Assembly (NCBI GenBank): GCA_963525765.1
Contig: CAURMQ010000001.1
Coordinates: 1 to 35,856 of the forward strand
Source: an uncultured Campylobacter sp.
GTDB lineage: Bacteria > Campylobacterota > Campylobacteria > Campylobacterales > Campylobacteraceae
Length of the DNA: 35,856 nt
Direction of reading: 5' to 3'
Under the pieces are notes generated by a model that saw nothing but the letters and a program-made list of their open reading frames with translations, was not told the DNA's origin and did no database searches. The position numbers and the translations under genes were made by a program. Positions 28,868 through 35,856 of this stretch are shown piece by piece (the first letter of the stretch is position 1; each line of letters starts with the position of its first letter).

Positions 28868-29832
28868 GCATGCTTCCTAAACGCGAGGTATAGAAAAAAG
28901 GGCGCGCCGAAAAAGGAGGTCACCACGCCGATTGGAATTTCTACCGGCGAGAGGGCGTTTTTAGCGATTACGTCGCAAAAAACCAAAAAAACTCCGCCGG
29001 TAAGCGCGCTAGCGGGGATCAGCACGGCGTTGCTCGCCGTATGAAGCGCCATGCGAAGCGTGTGCGGAATGATGAGCCCCACGAAGCCTATCATACCCGT
29101 AAACGCGACCGAAAAGCCGATGATGAGCGAGGAGACGATGAGTAGGCTCTTTTTGGACCTCTCGACATTGAGCCCCAGCGATTTCGCCTCCTCGTCGCCG
29201 TTTAAGATGATATTCAGCTCGTGACGCTTCGCGTAAAAATACGCCATGCAAAACAGAAGCGGCGGCAGCAAAAGCGCGATCTTTTGCCAGTTTGCACCGC
29301 CTAGATAGCCCATCATCCACGCCGTAATCCTAAAACTATCCTCTCCGATTAGATAGACTGCAAAGGATGTAAATGCGCCCAAAAACGACGACACGGCGAT
29401 ACCTACGATCAGTAGCGTCGAGATCGAGCGGGTGTGGGCGGCGAGCTTAAAGATCACGATCGACAGCGCGCTTGCGCTTAAAAACGCGAAAATTCCGTAA
29501 AAAACGTCGCTAAGCCCCAGCAGGTAAGCTATGACTGCGCCGAAAGTCGCTGCCGAGGCGATGCCGATGATGTAGGGATCCGCAAGCGGGTTTAAAAACA
29601 CGCTTTGCACCACTACGCCGGAAGTTGCCAGTAGCGCGCCCACCAAGATGCCCATTACTAGGCGCGGCAGGCGCATTTGCAGCAAGATGAGCTGCTTGGT
29701 CTCGTCTATCTCGCCGAAGGTGAAAAATTTCACTACGTCGCCCAGCGAAATGCTCGCTCCGCCGCTACTTACGGCTACTAAAGCAAGCAAGACGAAAGCT
29801 GCGATTAGAAAGAGATAAAATTTAAAGCTCAT
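28864..29832 (-). CDS. FecCD/HmuU family permease
   Basis: RLPR, NPLADPYIIG, GDEEAKSLG, GMIGFVGLIIPH, EIPIGVVT..GAPFFL. Confidence 0.92.
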   Translation of the reverse strand: MSFKFYLFLIAAFVLLALVAVSSGGASISLGDVVKFFTFGEIDETKQLILLQMRLPRLVMGILVGALLATSGVVVQSVFLNPLADPYIIGIASAATFGAVIAYLLGLSDVFYGIFAFLSASALSIVIFKLAAHTRSISTLLIVGIAVSSFLGAFTSFAVYLIGEDSFRITAWMMGYLGGANWQKIALLLPPLLFCMAYFYAKRHELNIILNGDEEAKSLGLNVERSKKSLLIVSSLIIGFSVAFTGMIGFVGLIIPHTLRMALHTASNAVLIPASALTGGVFLVFCDVIAKNALSPVEIPIGVVTSFFGAPFFLYLAFRKHA

Positions 29833-30017
29833 AGTCCACCAGGCGAACTATACGCGCAGATTTCGTCGCGGCGGATATTTTTAAAATTTAAGCGGTGCCA
29901 AGAATTTATGCATGCGGAATTTATGAAATTCTCGCGGCTGGCGCAATTATTTTTGAAGCTTGCATAGCTTTTGATATCAGCGCGAAAAAGTACGTAGCCG
30001 CACACCTGATCCGGCAT
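29829..30017 (-). CDS. Possible 62-aa leader ORF coupled to the permease
   Basis: AGGAGG RBS 6 nt before the ATG; stop overlaps the permease ATG (ATGA). Confidence 0.4.
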   Translation of the reverse strand: MPDQVCGYVLFRADIKSYASFKNNCASRENFINSACINSWHRLNFKNIRRDEICAYSSPGGL

Positions 30018-30041
30018 AAATTTCCTCCTAAAAGTATTCGC

Positions 30042-30083
30042 GATTTTTATTAAGAAATTAAAATCGTTATCATGGGATTTTAT
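30042..30083 (-). promoter_or_regulatory. Candidate -10 and Fur-box-like operator of the heme operon
   Basis: Minus strand TAAAAT (30082-30077) followed by TGATAACGATTTTAA. Confidence 0.45.
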
Positions 30084-30388
30084 CGCTTGATTTCTTAAAC
30101 CGCGATAAATTCCGTAACGGCTAAGAGCTGAGGAGTTAAATTTGGGCGATTAGATATTAAAATTTCGCGCGCCGCCAAGCCGTATATTTAAATTTGAAAT
30201 TCAAAATTTAGGCGTTAAATTTAAATGCCGAAAGAGCTCTTTTTAATTTCGCGATTCAGCTTTAAATTATAAAAACGCCGATAAAATACGCACTAAATTT
30301 TATTTAACGAGCCCAGCTTTAAAGGCGCAAGCCGTTTGTTAAACGACGAATTGCGCCAAAGCCGCTCGCTAAGTTTTAAGGAGTGAGC

Positions 30389-32470
30389 ATGAAATTTTGG
30401 CAAAAGATTCTTTGGGCGGCGGTCGCCGTCATAGGGGCGTGGTGTTTCGGCGTACTTGCGCTAAATAAAGGCGAGAGCATCAGCGCCGTCTGGCTCGTAG
30501 TGGCCAGCGCGTGCATCTATCTGATCGGATACACCTTCTACGGGCGCTTTATCGCGTATCGCGTCTTTAAGCTGGACGATCGTCGCGCAACTCCTGCAGT
30601 GATCCGAAACGACGGACGAGATTACGTCCCTACGAACAAATACGTCCTTTTCGGGCACCATTTCGCCGCTATCGCTGGCGCAGGACCGCTCGTAGGCCCC
30701 GTAGTTGCCGCACAGATGGGCTATCTGCCCGGCACTATTTGGCTTTTGGTAGGCGTCGTGCTCGCAGGCGCGGTGCATGATTTTATCGTGCTCGTGCTCT
30801 CCACGCGCCGCGGCGGCAAGAGCCTCGGCGAGATGATCAAAGAGGAGATGGGCAAGCTCACGGGCGGCATTGCGATGATCGGTATTTTTTTCATCATGCT
30901 GATCATCGTGGCGATCTTGGCGATGGTCGTCGTAAAGGCGCTCGCAAACTCGCCGTGGGGGCTTTTTACGATCGCGATGACGATACCGATCGCCGTATTT
31001 ATGGGAATTTACATGAGGTTTTTGCGCCCGGGCAAGGTCAGCGAGGCATCGATCATCGGCTTTATTTTGCTGATGCTTTCGCTTTGGGGCGGGCATTACG
31101 TCTCGATCGATCCGTACTGGCACGACGTTTTTTCGCTAAAGGGCGAGACGCTCGCGCTTCTTACGATCGGCTACGGCTTTATCGCGGCGATTTTGCCAGT
31201 GTGGCTGCTGCTCGCGCCGCGCGATTATCTAAGCACCTTCCTTAAGCTCGGCGTCATCATCGGCATGGCGGTCGCGATAATCTTTGTCGCGCCCGAGCTT
31301 AAAATGCCCGCTACGACGAAATTTATCGACGGCACGGGTCCCGTTTTTGCAGGCCCGATATTTCCGTTTTTGTTTATCACTATCGCATGCGGCGCGATTT
31401 CGGGCTTTCACGCGCTGATCTCCAGCGGTACGACGCCGAAGATGCTCGAGCGCGAAACCCACACTCTTTTCATCGGCTATGGCTCGATGCTTATGGAGAG
31501 CCTTGTGGGCGTAATGGCGCTTGTGGCTGCGTGCATCCTAAGCCCGGGCGAATACTTCGCTATCAACTCGCCCGCTGCAGTGCTGGGCAAAGACGCGGTA
31601 AGCGCCGCGGCGTATATAAATTCTATCGGATTTAGCATTACGCCTGAGCAGATCGGCGCCTTGGCTTCAAACGTCGGCGAGACCACGATGATGAGCCGCA
31701 CGGGCGGCGCTCCTACCTTTGCGATGGGGCTAACGATGCTACTGCATCAGATCATCGGCGGCAAGGAGCTGATGGCGTTTTGGTATCATTTCGCGATTCT
31801 GTTTGAGGCGCTGTTTATTCTGACCGCGGTCGATGCGGGCACGCGCACGGGGCGCTTTATGGTGCAAGAAATTTTAGGCAACGTCTATAAGCCATTCTCC
31901 GATACCAAAAATTCCCTCTACGGCATCATCGCGACGCTAATCTGCGTGGCGGGCTGGGGCTATCTGCTCTATAGCGGCGTTACCGATCCTATGGGCGGAA
32001 TTTACACGCTGTGGCCGCTTTTCGGCGCGTCCAACCAGATGCTCGCGGGCATCGCGCTGCTGCTTGCTACGGTGGTGCTTTTTAAAATGGGCAAGCAAAA
32101 ATACGCCTTCGTCACGATCGCTCCCGCGATTTGGGTGCTTATAACCACGCTTTATGCGGCGATCTTGAAGCTGATGCCGGCTAACGGCGAGCGCGTGCAC
32201 GATGCGGTAAGCCACGTGGCTATAGCGCAAAACACCGCCGCCAAGCTCGCCGGCCTAAGCGATCCCGCGGCGATCGAAAAGGCGCAGGCCATCATCAGAA
32301 ATAACGTCATCGACGCCGTGCTATGTGCTCTTTTCGTCGTCGTTACGATCATCGTCATCGCTCAAACGATACGAATGTGCCTTAAAATTTCAAAAGGCAG
32401 CGCGAGCGAGGGATATTTCAAGCTGGCAGAAAGCGAGTACGTAGATGCAGGCGTTTATGAAAAAGTTTAA
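30389..32470 (+). CDS. cstA: Carbon starvation protein A family transporter
   Basis: DGRDYVPT, FGHHFAAIAGAGPLVGP, ACGAISGFH, SRTGGAPT, AVDAGTR, LWPLFGASNQML; RBS AAGGAG (GTG 30383 is an alternative start). Confidence 0.95.
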   Translation: MKFWQKILWAAVAVIGAWCFGVLALNKGESISAVWLVVASACIYLIGYTFYGRFIAYRVFKLDDRRATPAVIRNDGRDYVPTNKYVLFGHHFAAIAGAGPLVGPVVAAQMGYLPGTIWLLVGVVLAGAVHDFIVLVLSTRRGGKSLGEMIKEEMGKLTGGIAMIGIFFIMLIIVAILAMVVVKALANSPWGLFTIAMTIPIAVFMGIYMRFLRPGKVSEASIIGFILLMLSLWGGHYVSIDPYWHDVFSLKGETLALLTIGYGFIAAILPVWLLLAPRDYLSTFLKLGVIIGMAVAIIFVAPELKMPATTKFIDGTGPVFAGPIFPFLFITIACGAISGFHALISSGTTPKMLERETHTLFIGYGSMLMESLVGVMALVAACILSPGEYFAINSPAAVLGKDAVSAAAYINSIGFSITPEQIGALASNVGETTMMSRTGGAPTFAMGLTMLLHQIIGGKELMAFWYHFAILFEALFILTAVDAGTRTGRFMVQEILGNVYKPFSDTKNSLYGIIATLICVAGWGYLLYSGVTDPMGGIYTLWPLFGASNQMLAGIALLLATVVLFKMGKQKYAFVTIAPAIWVLITTLYAAILKLMPANGERVHDAVSHVAIAQNTAAKLAGLSDPAAIEKAQAIIRNNVIDAVLCALFVVVTIIVIAQTIRMCLKISKGSASEGYFKLAESEYVDAGVYEKV

Positions 32471-32675
32471 ATTTAATCCACTTGCGGCTCCGAAGGCCGT
32501 GGCGAGGCTTTTGGCGCGCGTGGATGCCGCACTTGCGCCGCTCATCGGGCTCGGCGATTACGAGGGCTATCTGAGCCATTTCAGAAGCGCTCATCCAGAC
32601 GAAATCCCGCTAAGCAGGGCGGAATTTTTCCGTGCGATGCAAGATAGCAAGGCAAAAAATGTCAAGTGCTGATAG
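32457..32675 (+). CDS. kcuS: CstA-associated YbdD/YjiX-like selenoprotein (KCU-star type), ending Lys-Cys-Sec-stop
   Basis: G..DY..YL.H....HPD..PLS..EFF motif; ends AAG TGC TGA TAG; hairpin just downstream. Confidence 0.8.
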
Positions 32676-32700
32676 CGGCGAAAGGGCGCGGTCGCGCCGT
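32676..32700 (+). promoter_or_regulatory. Putative bacterial SECIS element
   Basis: GGCGC-GGTC-GCGCC hairpin at 32685-32698; the G-first apical loop begins 18 nt after the TGA at 32670-32672. Confidence 0.7.
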
Positions 32701-33098
32701 ACTTATTGCCAACCCGCGACGCTTTGCCGTCATATCACGGAATTTCGCCGCGGATTTGAAATTTTAAATTTGATAGGGTGCGGGCGCGCGAGTCATGAAA
32801 TTTAGCCCGCTGCTAGGGATAAAATTTCGCGCGTACCTCTTTGAGATTGCGCTTTAAATTTGCTCGCACTTAGGGCGTTAAGATTTATTCTCGCCGCCGC
32901 GCCGTACTCATCGCTAGCCGCGCCGTTTTGCAACGGTCTCGCCTGCATGTCGTAGAATTTTTAAACGGGTATTTCCGCGTCTTGGTAGAATTCTATATAA
33001 AATTTTTGCAAAATTTTTAACAAACCTGCCTTAATTAAAGGCGTGAAATCACGGCTGCAAATTTTAAATCAGGAATATGGGTGTGCTTGGACAATGGC

Positions 33099-34254
33099 TT
33101 AGATCTCATAGCAGGTTAAAATTTGATCCGCGTCCTCGTCGTAAGCGTTATCTATCAGCACTCGACACGTGCGGGTATGCGGCTGCGTATGCTTCTCTTT
33201 TTCGACGCCGCCTTCGGGCATTAAATTTTGCTCGGCAAATGCGCCCTTTCGCTCCGCTTCAGATTTTGCGCTCGCAGCCTGGTAAGAAGCAAGCCGTAAC
33301 GACGCCTAAAATTCTCGCACCCTTTTGTTTAAATTTATGCGCCAAAATAGGCTTTGTCGCGAGATATCGGACGGTCTCATTTTGCTCAAATTTATCCGTC
33401 GCTTCGCATCCGGATTTACTCGCCTCGCCCTGCATAAATTCGCCCGAGCTGTCGCGCTCAAAGCCACCCGTCTCGCTACGCATGAGATCAAGAACCCTCA
33501 GCTCATTCGGCTCGTTTATAAAGTGCCCGCGCCAGCCGTCTGATCCGCCTGCCACAAGCTCGAATTTATCAAAATCAAAATCGAGCTTCACGCGGAATTT
33601 AACGTTAAAATTCGCGTCCATAAAAACTAGCTCGTTAGCACCCTCGTTTTCGCCCGCTTCGCCCACGCGAATGCAATATCCGCCTTCCGCGCGCTGCGCC
33701 TGCGTCATAGGGCAAGTTTTGGCGATGATTTTAAGCTCGCAACCGCTCAAATTTAAGCCATAAATTTGACCCGAGCGCGTAAAAATCAAGAAATTTAGCT
33801 TATCTTGCTTAAAAATCGCCGCGCAGCCCTTTAATCGCTTTCGCGTGCCCGTCTGCGTCTCAAAATTGTAAATAAAAAGCGTGTCGTCGGTCGCCGTAAT
33901 AGCCTTTTTATCGCCGCCCTTGCTACTTAGCGCGATAAAATTGCCGTATTTTAGCACGCCCTTTTTGTGCTTTGAGATGAGCGCGAGATCCGCGGCGTTA
34001 AATTTATAAATCTTGTCAATAAAACCCAAAACTACGAGCGTGCAGCCGTCATCGTCAAAGGTCGCGGCGCGGGTAAAATCGCGGAAAGGCGCGCCGGCTA
34101 GCTGCTCGCCGCTTGCGAGCGAGAATTTTCTAAGCTTCATCTGCTTTTGTTCGTCGTTATCGCCTACGTAAAATGCGCGATCGCCCTTTATCAGGATATT
34201 TTCGCCGATATCTCGAAGTCTGTTTTGAAGCCTACTTTGCCATAAAATTTTCAT
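33099..34254 (-). pseudogene. Hypothetical beta-rich protein, probably frameshifted near 33262-33305
   Basis: ATG 34254 with AAGGAG RBS; main frame stops at 33259 while the +1 frame stays open 33305-33099 and ends RVLIDNAYDEDADQILTCYEI*. Confidence 0.5.
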
Positions 34255-34520
34255 CGGCCGCTCCTTCTGTCTGCGCGCAAAGAACACAGCGCGATTTATT
34301 GCTTTTAATTTGCGCTAACGGTTTTATCGGCGCGCATGCTAATACTTGAATTATTGCTTTTAAATTTACGTTATTTGCGCGGCGCTCGGTATTAATCAAA
34401 TCGGCATTTCAGCCGTGCTTTGCGGGCAAATTTATCCGCACAGCGTTTGGACCGGGCTAGAAAGAAATTTAACCGCGCGCTGTTTGAGCGAAACCGCAAA
34501 ATTAGCCTCGCAAATTTAGA

Positions 34521-34721
34521 TCATTTTTTCGGTTTATTTTCTTTGATATAGTCCACGGCGATACGCTGGCAGGCGATTTTATCGTTCTTTTCGAGGCATA
34601 AAGTCTCCAGCTCCTCGCGGCTGAAATTTTTGTAATCTTTGATCGTCTTTTTGCCGCCGTCGCCCATGATGAAGTATATGAGAGCCGCTAAAATCGCCAT
34701 CGCTGCGATTAATCTAAGCAT
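34521..34721 (-). CDS. Small membrane-anchored hypothetical protein
   Basis: 66 aa; N-terminal TM segment, C-x8-C pair; AGGA RBS. Confidence 0.6.
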   Translation of the reverse strand: MLRLIAAMAILAALIYFIMGDGGKKTIKDYKNFSREELETLCLEKNDKIACQRIAVDYIKENKPKK

Positions 34722-35024
34722 AATTGCATCCTAAATTTTATAAATTTTTGTGTCTAGCGAGCGAATTCGGCGCGCATCTGTTTAAAATAGGCGGTCAAAT
34801 TTTGCGCCACGCGGATTTTGCGGATAGCGCATTTTTAAATTTAGAGCAATTACGATTGCTTCGGAAAGTATCTATCCAGCGTCTGAACTACCTGCTTTAG
34901 CCATACCTTTCGCTCAGTTTCGTCGCTATCCGCGATCACTCTAAACATCAGCCACTCAAATATTTTTACGCCGCAAAAATCAAAAATACAACTTTATATC
35001 GCCGCCACATTCAATATGGTCGTA

Positions 35025-35447
35025 TTAGGCTTTTTTATTGGCTTCTACAAGAGCTAGTATGTCTTGTAGTTTATTATATGGTATTTTATATTTTACGTGA
35101 TTAAATTTAACTTCATGTATTCGATTAAATTCGTCATTGGAAATTGGCTTGAATACAGTTATGCTGTTAGGATCAAATTCAAAGAAACCATTATATTTAG
35201 TTTTTGATTCAATATAAGCTTTCTCATAGCGTTCTGAATTTAAAAATATAGCAGAAGCTATAATCTTGCTTCTATATTGAAACAAGATCAAAGAGCCGGT
35301 CGAAGTTTTTAGCCCACTAGTTCTATATCTATATAAACCCTTTCGTACATTTTTTAACTCCTCTATAAACCACTCCTGAAGCTCTTCTATAGATTTATCT
35401 TCAAATTCGTCCATAGACATCGGCAAAATACGAATTTATTTTTCCAT
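35025..35447 (-). pseudogene. AT-rich hypothetical gene with a premature stop at codon 4
   Basis: AAAGGA RBS, then ATG GAA AAA TAA ATT CGT ATT TTG CCG ATG..., in frame with the 133-aa ORF. Confidence 0.6.
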
Positions 35448-35470
35448 TGCAAATCCTTTCTTAAAATTTT

Positions 35471-35485
35471 TTACTCCCACTCGAT
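35471..35485 (-). mobile_element. att direct-repeat copy of the guaA 3' end (island boundary)
   Basis: Minus strand ATCGAGTGGGAGTAA = IEWE*, the conserved GMP synthase C-terminus, isolated in AT-rich non-coding DNA. Confidence 0.75.
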
Positions 35486-35611
35486 ATATACATTGATATC
35501 GTTTTGTATAAACGGCATAAAATTAAGGTTATTCTTATATGTTTTAGCCCTATTATCCGTTTTATTTCTGTTTATCTGATTTTTTGCAAGCATATTGCAA
35601 GCACGTACAAA

Positions 35612-35856
35612 TTAAACCTTAGGAATCATAGTTGATAAGTTTGGAGTTTCAGAAACTAAGTTCCATGTAGATATTTTCATCTTTTTTATAAATTTTCCAC
35701 TTCCATAATCTAGTAAATCTTCTCTTTTAAAAATGTTTAGTAATTTATTTAATGTACCTAATCCTGCTGAAGTCATTAAAAAAGCTTCTTCAGGATCGAT
35801 TAACTTACAATATGACCATAATTGTCCTAAATCCCTTAATGTTAAATTAGTTTTTT
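35612..35856 (-). CDS. 3' part of an AT-rich gene, possibly a PD-(D/E)XK nuclease (runs off the right edge)
   Basis: Manual translation KTNLTLRDLGQLWSYCKLIDPEEAFLMTSAGLG...STMIPKV*; QLxxY helix typical of restriction-like folds. Confidence 0.6.
   Translation of the reverse strand, partial: KTNLTLRDLGQLWSYCKLIDPEEAFLMTSAGLGTLNKLLNIFKREDLLDYGSGKFIKKMKISTWNLVSETPNLSTMIPKV

Noticed and set aside
30461..32358. Long antisense and alternative-frame ORFs over cstA
   Set aside because: Shadow ORFs of a GC3-rich membrane protein gene.
33077..33763. 228-aa + strand ORF
   Set aside because: Antisense to the minus-strand gene, with Ser/Arg/Pro-biased shadow composition.

Overview
Epsilonproteobacterial chromosome segment. 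Gene order, composition and the absence of motility genes fit an aflagellate oral Campylobacter such as C. gracilis (inference). The core is a long + strand housekeeping run: lpxB-greA-argC-lpxH-like-serB-tal-pilT, then rplY-pth-lptF/G-lysA-pheA-hisC-dxs-perR-CYTH/CHAD-ubiE-xseA-serC. cheVAW and fliFGH are cleanly absent from their usual slots. Accessory parts: a standalone 34-aa very basic peptide with its own promoter and terminator; a PD-(D/E)XK nuclease gene; a minus-strand HmuUVT-HmuW-HmuF-like anaerobic heme uptake/degradation operon; cstA followed by a Lys-Cys-Sec-stop selenoprotein with a SECIS-like hairpin; and, at the right end, the att copy of an AT-rich island integrated at the guaA 3' end. 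The most striking unexplained signal is the expansion of the RAATTY hexamer (the Campylobacter CtsM methylation/transformation motif). It fills intergenic DNA and forms frame-preserving insertions in essential genes (lpxB, lysA) and short 'bridge' ORFs inside operons.
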